64,000 nt of DNA. Origin: an uncultured Verrucomicrobiae bacterium (GTDB lineage Bacteria; Verrucomicrobiota; Verrucomicrobiia; Limisphaerales; Palsa-1400). Location: NCBI GenBank assembly GCA_963764165.1, contig CAVXRD010000001.1:992001-1056000 (forward strand). The letters run 5' to 3'. The position numbers and the translations under genes were made by a program. Below, piece by piece: positions 19,123-28,690 of the stretch. Positions within the stretch are counted from its first letter, which is position 1. Each line of letters opens with the position of its first letter. The notes under the pieces are model-generated. The model searched no databases. It had not been told where the DNA came from and saw only the letters and a list, made by a program, of their open reading frames with translations.

Positions 19123-20202
19123 TCACGGCTTGGGCGCCACCGCAATGCCCCACGGGCTTTTGCCCGCCTTGACTTTCTGCAATTCGGCTTCCGTGGCCAG
19201 GTCGATGATCGAGATGTCATTGGAGGGGCCGTTGGCGGAATACAAAAGCTTGCCGTCGGGGGAAATCACAATTCCCCACGGGCGCTGGCCGGCTTTGATG
19301 AATTTGATCAGCGCATGGGAAGTGGCGTCCATTTCGCAAATCGTTCCGGCCCGCCCTGTTCCAGCATAAACTTTCTTCCCGTCCGGCGAAACCTTGACGC
19401 ACATCGGACGCGAGCCTTTCGGCAAGGCGATGGTTTCCAGCGGCACATGCTTGACTGAATCGATCACGTGCATTTGCCCGGCGGATTCCGACGGAATAAA
19501 CGCGCGCGAACCGTCGGGCAGAAAATCAACCGAACGCGGGCGGCCGCCGACGTTGAAGTGATTGATGACTTGGAAGGAGGCCGCATCAATCGCAAAAATT
19601 TCGCCGTCCGTTTCGCAGGTCACGTAAAATACCTTGCCATCGGGCATGAGGCCAACGCCTTCGGGTTCCTTGTGAACCGGAATGATTTTTTCCACTTTGC
19701 CGCTCGCGATGTTGAGCACGCTGGCGGTGGCGACATCCTCGTTTGAAATGAACAGGCGCTTGCCATCCGGGCTGACGGCGAATTGCTCCGGATCAGAACC
19801 GGCTGGCAATTTTCCCACTACCTTTTGCTGCGTGACATCAATCATCGCAATGCCGTCGGCGGACTTGTCGGATTTCTTGGCGTCATCGTCATCGTCGTCC
19901 TTGCCTCGCTGGAAAATTGGATTGCCATTGGCATCGAGCTTCGGCGGCGGCTCGGGGGGAGTTCCGCTCACAGCTACGTAAACCGTCTTGCCGTCGGGGC
20001 TGACGTGGATTCCGCGCGGGCGCTTCCCAACTGGAATCGTGGCAACGACATTGCGCGAGACGCCGTCAATGACAGTCACGTCGTCGGAGCGTTCGTTGGT
20101 TACGTAAACTAAATAGTTTGGTTCGCCGCGGGCGGCCAGCGCCGCCACGATCATGCCGCCAACAACCAAAGCCGCCCTTGATTTCATCACAAGTTTTTTC
20201 AT
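19123..20202 (-). CDS. secreted YVTN beta-propeller repeat protein
   Basis: Signal peptide; repeated YVTNE / IPVGKRPRGI / SPDGK units. Confidence 0.88.
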   Translation of the reverse strand: MKKLVMKSRAALVVGGMIVAALAARGEPNYLVYVTNERSDDVTVIDGVSRNVVATIPVGKRPRGIHVSPDGKTVYVAVSGTPPEPPPKLDANGNPIFQRGKDDDDDDAKKSDKSADGIAMIDVTQQKVVGKLPAGSDPEQFAVSPDGKRLFISNEDVATASVLNIASGKVEKIIPVHKEPEGVGLMPDGKVFYVTCETDGEIFAIDAASFQVINHFNVGGRPRSVDFLPDGSRAFIPSESAGQMHVIDSVKHVPLETIALPKGSRPMCVKVSPDGKKVYAGTGRAGTICEMDATSHALIKFIKAGQRPWGIVISPDGKLLYSANGPSNDISIIDLATEAELQKVKAGKSPWGIAVAPKP

Positions 20203-20277
20203 AAAGACCGCAACCGCAGAGGAATATCTCACATCCTGCGCCAATGAAAAGGAGGAACGGGGAAGCCACAGGGTGAG

Positions 20278-20395
20278 GGGTGCAGGACAAAATTCTTCTG
20301 CCGCCGAGGCGGCAGAGGCGTCTTGCCTCTGGCGGGCTAATTCAGCGGCGGGACGCCGCTGCCACTCTGCTCGTGAAGAATTTTGTCCTGCACTC
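20278..20395. mobile_element. 118 bp MITE-like element carrying an internal REP doublet
   Basis: 21-bp TIRs GGGTGCAGGACAAAATTCTTC / GAAGAATTTTGTCCTGCACTC (1 mismatch); flanks CAGGGTGAG / CAGGGTGTG. Confidence 0.65.
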
Positions 20396-20436
20396 CAGGG
20401 TGTGATTGGAAGCGGGTGAGGGACGCAGCTCGTCCG

Positions 20437-20546
20437 GCGCGGCTGTGTCGAAGACCAGCCGCAGCGCGTTGAACCGACAGGCGCGCCTGTTGATCCCAGC
20501 ATGCTGCGGCTGGTCCTTTGTCGCTTCGCTCCGTCAAACACAGCCG
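20437..20546. repeat. REP family C doublet, right arm interrupted
   Basis: GCGCGGCTGTGTCGAAGACCAGCCGCAGC; partner GCTGCGGCTGGTC[~20 nt containing CTTCGCTC]ACACAGCCG. Confidence 0.8.
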
Positions 20547-20612
20547 TATCTCCTGGCCACCTTGGACCGCGCTCGACGGCCAGGCGCACGCCGCCTCAAA
20601 GTTCTTCAGAAA

Positions 20613-20641
20613 ATCTGTGTTGATCTGTGTAAATCTGTGGC
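20613..20641. repeat. periodic repeat family F, single arm
   Basis: ATCTGTGTTGATCTGTGTAAATCTGTGGC, near identical to 27162-27190. Confidence 0.8.
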
Positions 20642-20652
20642 CGCCCACGCAG

Positions 20653-22971
20653 CTATTCCTCAACGGGCGGGATGGACTGGATGGTCGGTGGCGCGTTGGT
20701 TCCAGTGTCGCGGCTCTTGCGCTTCGCCTTCTTCTCTTCGTCTTTCTTGGCGGCCTTGGCGCGCTGCTCAGCTTCCCGTGAAAGCCGCTCCTCGATACTT
20801 TTGTTGCGGCGCTGCTCATCCAGTCGAATTTCCAACTCGGCCTCCTTGACGCCGGAAAGTTTGTCCCGTTCTTGCGTGGCAACGACAGCGGCCAATTCCG
20901 GATCTTTCAACACCGTCGGGCGCATGAGCATGATCAATTCGGTGCGAAGGTTTTGCACCGAACGGCTCTTGAACAAATTGCCGATCCAGGGGATGTCCTT
21001 CAAACCCGGAATGCCGGAGTCCGACAAACTGCGGCTGTCACTGATAAATCCGCCAAGGATGATGGTCTCGCCATCCTTCACGGCGACCTTCGCGCCGGCC
21101 TGGCGCTTGGTGGTGGTCGGAACGCCGCCGACACCGGAAATCTGCACGTCGGGCCCGAGTTGCTCGACGTCCGCCTGGATGTCCATCACGACCAATCCGT
21201 CCTGGTTGATGAGAGGCAGCACCTGCAAATGAATGCCTACCTCCAATTGCGTGTATTGCGAGCTTGGGCCCGAGCCGTAACCGTAGTTGTAAGTGCCCGT
21301 GACATAGGGAACTGTATTTCCGATGAACAGATCGGCGGGGACGGCGTGGGAGGTTTGAATGCGCGGGCGCGAAAGAACATTCACGCGGCTGTCACCTGCC
21401 ACCGCTTCCATGACGACATTAAGGTCATTGCCGAATTTGGCGAAGTAGCTGAATCCACCCGGCAGATTGGCCAGGGTCGATCCGCTGACGGTCGAAGCCG
21501 TGCCCGCGGCGTTGGTGGTGGTGCTCGAAGAACCGGTCAAAAAGCTCAAGGCTGAGGAACTCAAATTGTTGAGGCCGCCCGCGCCGGTAAAGCTGCCGCC
21601 GCCCTGGCGCTGGACGAGGTAGCTGACGCCCGTCGACTCGGTGCCAGTCAAGTTGATTTCCATGACGATGGCGTCAATAAGAACTTGCGGCAGCACAACA
21701 TCCAATTTGTCGATGATGTTGGTGATCATCTTCATGTCTTCGTCATTGGCGAAGACCAGGAGCGAATTGGTGCGCTCGTCGGCGATAATCTTGGTCTGGC
21801 CGAAAAGCTGGAATTGCCCGGCCCCGGCCGCGTTCTGGACAATCCGTCCGAGATTCTGCTGGAAGCTGCTTCGGCCAGCCGTGCCCGCGGAGCTGAGGGG
21901 GCTGGTGCCGGCGGCCTGCCCCGCGTAACCGCCATTAATGCCGCCTGAGCTGCCAAACGCGCCGCCGCTGCCGCCAAAACCCGAGCCGGAGCCCGAATTG
22001 CCGAAGCCGTTGCCGCTGCGGGAGCCGCTGCCGCCAAAACTCGTGGCCCCGGAACTGCTCTTGCCGACCGAGCCGCCGCCGCTGGCGCCCAATTGGCTGA
22101 GCGCCTGCGAAATATCACTCGCCAGCGCATAACGAATTTTGATGATCTGGGGCTTGATGGCGTTCGGCGTCAGCACGTCGACCCGGTGGACCATTTCGAT
22201 CATGCGGTCGACGTTTTCGGCGTAATCCCGGAGGATGAGCGTCTGCGTGCTGGGCAGGGCGATGATGGCCTTGTCCATCCGGGAGAAGGGCTGGAGAATA
22301 TCCACCAGGTCCTGAAGCGCGACGTATTTAATCTGGATGACCTGCGTGATCATTTTGCCGGCTTTGGCAAGATCACTGAAATTGGTGGAGATGGGCCCGC
22401 CTTCTTTTCCAGCCTGCGCTTCCACCGTGACTTTGACAAATTTGTCACCCACCGGAACCGGAGTGATGCCGTTCATCCCCAGGATCATTTCGAGCGCCTG
22501 AATGGCTTGGGTTTTGGTCAGGGGGCTTTGCGTTTTGAGGGTAATGGTGGTGTCCTTTAAATTGATGGCGGACGGCCCCGAACTGGAGGCCAAAACAGTG
22601 CGCCCCACCAGATCGGCATAAAGATCGAGCAATTGCCCCACAGGCACGGACGGAAAATTATAGGTGATGTCCGCCGGTTCATTCGTCCCGGCCAGGGAAT
22701 TCGTCGCCCCAGGGCCGCTGGCTGCGGGGGGCGAACCAGGGGCAGGCATACCGGCCAAATTCGGGTTGGCGTTGGCGCCGGCGCTCGGGCTGGGGGGACC
22801 GACGGGCGCGACGACGGGCGCGTTGGCCGAAGTTGCAGGCACGGCAGGGAGGCTGGAACGGTGCGCAGGCGGAATAGGGCGCGAAGGAACAGGCGGCACC
22901 TGCGCTTGGGCGCCAAGTCCTGCCAGAAAAAACAACAGCAGAAAGAGTGGCCTTAGATTTTTTCGATTCAT
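20653..22971 (-). CDS. gspD: type II secretion secretin GspD-like
   Basis: ADERTNSLLV, LD....QVLIDA.VME, VLSRPRI, VGIHLQVLP.I, GETIILGG, IPGLKDIPWIGNLFKS, RTELI. Confidence 0.92.
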   Translation of the reverse strand: MNRKNLRPLFLLLFFLAGLGAQAQVPPVPSRPIPPAHRSSLPAVPATSANAPVVAPVGPPSPSAGANANPNLAGMPAPGSPPAASGPGATNSLAGTNEPADITYNFPSVPVGQLLDLYADLVGRTVLASSSGPSAINLKDTTITLKTQSPLTKTQAIQALEMILGMNGITPVPVGDKFVKVTVEAQAGKEGGPISTNFSDLAKAGKMITQVIQIKYVALQDLVDILQPFSRMDKAIIALPSTQTLILRDYAENVDRMIEMVHRVDVLTPNAIKPQIIKIRYALASDISQALSQLGASGGGSVGKSSSGATSFGGSGSRSGNGFGNSGSGSGFGGSGGAFGSSGGINGGYAGQAAGTSPLSSAGTAGRSSFQQNLGRIVQNAAGAGQFQLFGQTKIIADERTNSLLVFANDEDMKMITNIIDKLDVVLPQVLIDAIVMEINLTGTESTGVSYLVQRQGGGSFTGAGGLNNLSSSALSFLTGSSSTTTNAAGTASTVSGSTLANLPGGFSYFAKFGNDLNVVMEAVAGDSRVNVLSRPRIQTSHAVPADLFIGNTVPYVTGTYNYGYGSGPSSQYTQLEVGIHLQVLPLINQDGLVVMDIQADVEQLGPDVQISGVGGVPTTTKRQAGAKVAVKDGETIILGGFISDSRSLSDSGIPGLKDIPWIGNLFKSRSVQNLRTELIMLMRPTVLKDPELAAVVATQERDKLSGVKEAELEIRLDEQRRNKSIEERLSREAEQRAKAAKKDEEKKAKRKSRDTGTNAPPTIQSIPPVEE

Positions 22972-22986
22972 AGGTTTGGACAAGGT

Positions 22987-23841
22987 CTAATCCGGAGGAT
23001 TGGAGCCGCGTTTGGGCAATTGCTTCGCCGGCTTCGCCGGCTGCGCCGATGGGTTGGAATTAAACCCCGGGGGCTTCACATTCGGCGGCGTGTTCGGCTG
23101 GTGGCGTGGCGCCTGATTGGGTGACGGAGGTCCGGGGTTTGGATTTGACCGCGGATTTGGCCTGGCCGGGCTGGCATTCACGGTCGGCTTGGCAGTCCCA
23201 GGCTGAGGCTTGGCCGCCACTTTCGGGCCGGGCTTGGCGACAGACGGCTTGGGCCCGGCTGCGGGAACTTGCCGGGTGTAACTCGCCGTCAGCGTCAGGT
23301 TGCCCCGGAGCTTGTAGCGATTGGCGTCCAGAGGCTTGAGATCCAATCTGGCCACCCGGATCATGGCCGGGTCGTTTCCCATGTTGTAAAGAAAGTTCAC
23401 CAATTGCTCCTCTTCGCTCTCCATGGTCAGATTGAGCGAATGCTCCTCGAAGAACTGATCGTTCGTCTTGACAGCGCCCGCGCTCTGGCTGGAGACAATG
23501 ACGCCGGTTTTCCGCTCCTGTGTCATCACGGTGTTCTGCAATTGGATCTGCGGATCAGCGACCTGGGGCGCGCTCATGTTGCCGCCTTCTTGGACTTCCT
23601 GTTTGACCAGCTTTGCCACTTGATCGCGCAAGCCGTTGGCCGCGGTGTCTTCCTCGATCAGTTTCTGTTCGCTGGCGGCATCGCTGCGAATTTTGGCCAG
23701 CTGCTTTTTAAGGGCGCCCCATTCGCCGAAATGCGGCCAGACAAAGAGGAAATTCAAAACCACAATCACCACCAGGAAGATGATGGCGAGGGTGCGGCGC
23801 TCACCCGGCGTCAGATTATACTGGCTGAGAAGGTTATTCAT
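22987..23841 (-). CDS. GspM/PilO-like inner-membrane platform protein with Pro-rich tail
   Basis: LTPGERR + single TM + coiled coil + ferredoxin-like QLVNFLY segment; position between gspL-like gene and gspD. Confidence 0.75.
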   Translation of the reverse strand: MNNLLSQYNLTPGERRTLAIIFLVVIVVLNFLFVWPHFGEWGALKKQLAKIRSDAASEQKLIEEDTAANGLRDQVAKLVKQEVQEGGNMSAPQVADPQIQLQNTVMTQERKTGVIVSSQSAGAVKTNDQFFEEHSLNLTMESEEEQLVNFLYNMGNDPAMIRVARLDLKPLDANRYKLRGNLTLTASYTRQVPAAGPKPSVAKPGPKVAAKPQPGTAKPTVNASPARPNPRSNPNPGPPSPNQAPRHQPNTPPNVKPPGFNSNPSAQPAKPAKQLPKRGSNPPD

Positions 23842-25196
23842 TGCCGGCATTTTTCAAGGTGCAGGAGAAGCGCCACTTCGATTGGGATGGAAAAGCGGGA
23901 GGCGAGACATCCGCGAAAAGAGTCTCGTTCGGATTGTTGGGGCTGGTGGCATTGCGCAGGGACGCGTTGAAATCCAACACCGTCTGGTCGTCTTCGGCGG
24001 CGACGGATCCCCACAGCTCAAGCTTCTGGTGGTCGAAAGAAAGGTTGTCGATGGAGACATTTTCCGGGACGTTCTCCGCCACCACTTTCCAGCAATCCAA
24101 CGCCGCATATTTCAACGCGTCGCGCTGATGAAGTATCCGAAGCTGGGCCACGTCCTTTTGCGCATTGGTGTAGGCGACACCCAACACAGCCAGGTTGCCT
24201 TGCTCGATGTTAAATTGGTGCTTGAGCGCAAAGAGCGCGCTGAAATAAATCAGCACGCCAATGATATACAAACTCAACACCGCGAACGCCCCGCGCATCC
24301 ACAGGCCGTCGATAAATTGCTGGCGGTAGCGCTTGGCATATTCCGGCGGCAGCAAATTTGTGCTGTCGTCCCCGCCGACGCGCTGGGCGCCACGCGCGAT
24401 CAATTGGCCCTCCGGCAGCGGCGCGATGACGTTGACCTCCTGGCCTCCATCGGCAAAAATCGATTCCCAGTATTTCCCCTCGGTCAAGGTTGCCACCAAA
24501 TAAATCCTCGGCGAACCGGGCAGCCAGCCTTCCAATTCTCCGGCCCACGCGATCTGCTCGATTTGCGTTTTTAATTGCTGGCCGCGCTCCAAGCCGGCGG
24601 AAATCGGCATGAAGGTGATGTTTTGCACCATCCCGCCAAACCACCAGGCCGCCAGGGCCGGTTCACCCAGCGCCCCGATCACAATCCAAACCCCGTCATC
24701 GCGAATATTCAGCGCCAGCAATTGGTCCAGGCCGGGGGCTTCAAGGCGGTCGGCCAAAAACCCGTTGCCTTCCAACTGTCCAAGATATTCCTCGACGGCG
24801 GCGCGCCCGGCAATGATCACGATCACTGTGCGAAGCGTTTCCGGCTTCGGATCGACTACCGGCATCATGTACGCGCTCCAGAACGATTTGCGTGACCGGC
24901 AGCGGAGAAAGTTTCTCCAACTGCAATTCCACCATCTGTTTGACTTCGGAAATGTCGCCGGCTGGGAGCTGCACGGCGCGCAGGAAAACGCGGTCGGGCG
25001 GAAGGATGGCGATGTTCAGCTTGGGCCGGAGCAGCGTTTTCCAATCCTTGGTGGCCACTCCCGCAGGCAGCGGATCGCTGGCCAGCAGGGACTTCTCCCC
25101 TTGCACCACAAACCCATCGCCGCTGGCGTCCAGCCGCCATAAACGGCGCCCGGCGGCGTTTGGATTTACAACAATAGCAGATTGCCAGCGCGCCAT
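23834..25196 (-). pseudogene. GspL / PilM-PilN-like protein split by a single-base frameshift at ~24881
   Basis: ORF 25196-24741 (VFLRAVQLP, ELQLEKLSPLP) and ORF 24868-23834 (TNLLPPEY, TM) join as ...PVTQIVWSAYMMP... if one base of GTTCTGG is removed. Confidence 0.75.
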
Positions 25197-25245
25197 TATG
25201 AACCTTTGGCCCCCTCGGGCCGGACCGATTGTTTCTCGAATGTGA

Positions 25246-26961
25246 TCACAGCAATTTGAAATGCTCCTCGGTTTGCGTGACGCGGATCACTTCCTCGATG
25301 GTTGTCTTGGCTGCCCGGACTTTTTTCCACCCGTCATGGCGCAAGGTCTTCATGCCGTTTTCCATCGCCTTGGCCGCAATGGCGGAAGAGGAGGCGCGGG
25401 TCAAAATCAGCGAGCGAATTTCCTCGTCCATGAACAGCAATTCGTAAATTCCCATTCGGCCTTGATAGCCGAATTGGCGGCACTCCTCGCAGCCGGCGCC
25501 CTTCCAAAATTTCGCGGTGTCGATCTCGCTCTCCGGGAACCCGACGCGCTTCAAATACTTCTTTTCCACATGCTGCTCGGCGACGCACTTGGGGCAAATG
25601 GTGCGAACGAGGCGCTGCGCCAGCACCGCTTCCACCGAGGACGCGACGAGAAACGGCTCAATGCCCATGTCAATCAAGCGCGTGAACGCGCTCGGCGCGT
25701 CATTGGTGTGAAGTGTGCTGAAAACCAAGTGGCCGGTCAGCGAGGCGCGAATGGCGATTTCCGCCGTCTCCATATCACGAATTTCCCCGACCATGATGAC
25801 GTTGGGGTCCTGCCGCAAAATGTGGCGCAATCCCATCGCGAAGGTCAGCCCGATGTCCGAGCGCACGGCGATTTGATTGATGCCCTTCAACTCGTATTCG
25901 ACCGGCTCCTCAATCGTGATGATACGCTTGGTGATCGAATTGATGGTGCTGAGAAACGCGTAAAGCGAAGTGGACTTGCCCGATCCGGTAGGCCCCGTGA
26001 CCAGCAAAATTCCGTGCGGCTTGACGATGATTTCGCGGATGCGCGCCTCTTCAACCGGATCGAAGCCCAGCTTCTCCATGCCGAGGAAGATTTTGCCGCG
26101 CGTCAGGAGCCGCAGCGAAACGCTTTCGCCGTAGACTGTCGGCACCGTTGAGACGCGGATGTCGATTTCCTCGCCCTTGATTCGAACATTGATGCGCCCA
26201 TCCTGCGGAAGGCGCTTTTCGGCAATGTTCATGCCGGACATGACCTTGATGCGCGAAATGAGCGACGCCTGATAGCGCTTCAACTGCGGCGGCATTGGTG
26301 TTTGATGCAGAATGCCGTCAATGCGGTAACGAATGCGCAACTCGTCCTCGGCAGGCTCGAAATGAATGTCCGTGGCGCGGTCCTTGAAAGCTTCCCAAAT
26401 GATCTGGTTGACGAACTTGATGACGCTGGCTTCCTGGTCGCCCTCCATGATTTCCTTGTCGCCCAGCTCCAGCTCCAGCGGTTCGTCTTCCTTGGCGATT
26501 TCGTCCAGCGTCTCGGCGCCGACACCGTAAAACTTCTTGAGCGACTTCTCAATTTCCGTCCGCGTAGTCAGGGCGAAATTGACGGGCACGCGGGCGTCGA
26601 ATTGCACGGCGCTGAGCATGGCGGCATCGAAAGGATTGCTGACGACGACCTGCAGTTTGCCTTCCTCGAACATGATCGGAAGGACGAAATATTGGAATGC
26701 GACCTTGGTGGAAATCTTCTTGCGGGCCTCGGGCGAGACGTCCGTTTTAGCCAGATCGATAAACGGCCAGTCCAGGGCTTTGGCCAGCGCTTGGAGAAAC
26801 GCCTCCTCGGTCATCCCCTTTTCGCGAGCAACAAATGCCAGCAGCGTGTCCTGCGACCCGCCCTCTACGGCGAGCTTCCACGCCTTAACCCAGTCTTGAA
26901 ACTGCTGGGGCGTCGCGAGATCGTGCTTTTCCAGCACCGTCTTAATTGAGCCTATAGCCAT
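25246..26961 (-). CDS. gspE: GspE/PilB secretion ATPase
   Basis: ATDIHFEP, RLPQDGR, GPTGSGKSTS, LRQDPNVIMVGEIRD, STLHTNDA, CxxC pairs. Confidence 0.93.
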   Translation of the reverse strand: MAIGSIKTVLEKHDLATPQQFQDWVKAWKLAVEGGSQDTLLAFVAREKGMTEEAFLQALAKALDWPFIDLAKTDVSPEARKKISTKVAFQYFVLPIMFEEGKLQVVVSNPFDAAMLSAVQFDARVPVNFALTTRTEIEKSLKKFYGVGAETLDEIAKEDEPLELELGDKEIMEGDQEASVIKFVNQIIWEAFKDRATDIHFEPAEDELRIRYRIDGILHQTPMPPQLKRYQASLISRIKVMSGMNIAEKRLPQDGRINVRIKGEEIDIRVSTVPTVYGESVSLRLLTRGKIFLGMEKLGFDPVEEARIREIIVKPHGILLVTGPTGSGKSTSLYAFLSTINSITKRIITIEEPVEYELKGINQIAVRSDIGLTFAMGLRHILRQDPNVIMVGEIRDMETAEIAIRASLTGHLVFSTLHTNDAPSAFTRLIDMGIEPFLVASSVEAVLAQRLVRTICPKCVAEQHVEKKYLKRVGFPESEIDTAKFWKGAGCEECRQFGYQGRMGIYELLFMDEEIRSLILTRASSSAIAAKAMENGMKTLRHDGWKKVRAAKTTIEEVIRVTQTEEHFKLL

Positions 26962-27053
26962 GACTTAGTATTCCAGATATTGAACAAAGCACGATACAAA
27001 AAGTTTCGGTCAGGTCAAAGGTTTTGGAGGCCTATCTGGAAGGCGGGGAAGTG

Positions 27054-27190
27054 GCCACAGATGGACACAGATCAATCCAGATTGGGGATAGGGATTTGTG
27101 TTCCGAGCATTTGCGGGTTGCGTCAGCTTTGACCGCATCAACCCCGCCTCGTTTAATTCTTATCTGTGTTGATCTGTGTGAATCTGTGGC
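27054..27190. repeat. periodic repeat family F, inverted doublet
   Basis: GCCACAGATGGACACAGATCAATCCAGAT ... ATCTGTGTTGATCTGTGTGAATCTGTGGC. Confidence 0.85.
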
Positions 27191-27274
27191 TTTCCCCTCC
27201 CCCCTGCCGACTTCGAGCCTTCCAAATCCGCAGTTGTGTTTCTGCGGTTTTCGGATTATCACGACCCCCACTAT

Positions 27275-28384
27275 ATGACCGATCCACGCTACGCAAAACT
27301 TGCCAATCTGCTTGTCGAGTATTCCACGGAATTGAAAAAAGGCGAACGAATCCTCCTTGATATGATCGATGTCCCGGACGAATTCACCGTCCAAATGATG
27401 CGCGCTGTGCGCAAAGTCGGGGCGGTTCCGGTGGTGGAAGTTCGGCATACGAGGATCAATCGCGAAATCCTCCGAGAAACGGGCGACGACCACGCCACGC
27501 TGGTGCGCGACATCGAATTGGCGCGGATGAAGAAAATGCAGGCGTATGTGGCTGTCCGCGGAGCTGATAACGCGAACGAATCCTCCGACGTGCCCCCGAA
27601 GCTGATGGCCCTTTACGCGCGGACGATCCGTCCCGTGCAGGATTATCGCATCGACAAAACGCGCTGGTGTGTCTTGCGCTGGCCCAGCCCCAGCATGGCC
27701 CAGGCGGCCAATATGAGCACCGAGGCCTTTGAAGATTTCTATTTCGATGTTTGCACGATGGATTATCCGAAAATGGCCAAGGCGATGATCCCCTTGCAAA
27801 AGCTGATGAATCGCACGGACCGCGTGCATCTAAAGTCGCCAGGCACGGATTTGCAATTCAGCATCAAAGGCATCGGCGCCCTGCTGGCCGAGGGAAAACG
27901 CAATATCCCCGACGGCGAAGTGTTCTCGTGCCCGGTCAAAAAGTCCGTCCAAGGCGTCATCCAATACAATACGCCCACCATTTATTCCGGCTCGAAATTT
28001 GAAAACGTTCGCCTCGAATTCAAGGATGGCAAAATCATCAACGCCACGTCCAACAACAATAAACGCCTCAACGAAATCCTCGATACGGATGACGGCGCGC
28101 GTTACGTGGGCGAATTCTCCCTGGGCTTCAATCCCTACATCCTGAGCCCGATGTGCGATATTCTATTTGACGAAAAAATCGCGGGCTCGCTGCACTTCAC
28201 GCCGGGCCAGGCCTACAAAGCGGCCGACAACGGCAATCGCTCGGCGGTGCATTGGGACATGGTGTTAATCCAGCGCCCCGATTGGGGCGGCGGCGAGGTA
28301 TGGTTCGACGGCGAACTGATCCGGAAAGACGGCATTTTCCTTCCGAAGGAATTGCGCGCGCTGAATCCGGAGAATTTGAAGTAA
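27275..28384 (+). CDS. M29 family aminopeptidase (AmpS/AmpT-like)
   Basis: NIPDGEVF, YVGEFSLG.N, ILFDEKIAGSLHFTPG, NRSAVHWDMV. Confidence 0.93.
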   Translation: MTDPRYAKLANLLVEYSTELKKGERILLDMIDVPDEFTVQMMRAVRKVGAVPVVEVRHTRINREILRETGDDHATLVRDIELARMKKMQAYVAVRGADNANESSDVPPKLMALYARTIRPVQDYRIDKTRWCVLRWPSPSMAQAANMSTEAFEDFYFDVCTMDYPKMAKAMIPLQKLMNRTDRVHLKSPGTDLQFSIKGIGALLAEGKRNIPDGEVFSCPVKKSVQGVIQYNTPTIYSGSKFENVRLEFKDGKIINATSNNNKRLNEILDTDDGARYVGEFSLGFNPYILSPMCDILFDEKIAGSLHFTPGQAYKAADNGNRSAVHWDMVLIQRPDWGGGEVWFDGELIRKDGIFLPKELRALNPENLK

Positions 28385-28387
28385 ATC

Positions 28388-28687
28388 CCTCTCGGTAGGG
28401 CGAGACTCTGTCGAGCCCCGATTGGATTTTGAAGATTTTGCGAGGCAAAACGCCCCGCAAAATCGAAAAACGCTTTCAACAATCTATGGCCCGCAGCCGT
28501 TTACCATTGCAAAATGTTCATCATCCCTTGATGCGGCCAATCCTCTGGCTTTTCGACCGATCCTTTGCGCAGAGGATTCTCGCGAACATACACCCATTTT
28601 TCTGTGGAGGGTTTCCACGCGGGTGAACGCCCCGCACTAAAACAAAAACTTAATCAGGGCTCGACAGAGTCTCGCCCTACCGAGAGG
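28388..28687. repeat. REP doublet (family B variant) enclosing a RAYT remnant
   Basis: 36-bp inverted arms CCTCTCGGTAGGGCGAGACTCTGTCGAGCCCCGATT (28388-28423) and 28652-28687, one mismatch. Confidence 0.92.
28501..28602 (-). pseudogene. 3' remnant of a REP-associated tyrosine transposase (RAYT / Y1 HUH)
   Basis: Minus-strand translation EKWVYVRENPLRKGSVEKPEDWPHQGMMNILQW*, matching Y...NP.R.G.V..P.DWP; no start codon or HUH part. Confidence 0.8.
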
Positions 28688-28690
28688 ATT

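Noticed and set aside
16366..19458. 1030 aa plus-strand ORF
   Set aside because: Antisense shadow of the S41-like gene, purD and the YVTN gene; no recognisable motifs; expected in GC-rich DNA
21850..22090. Gly/Ser-rich repetitive DNA in gspD
   Set aside because: Low-complexity loop within the secretin N3 domain, common in GspD proteins
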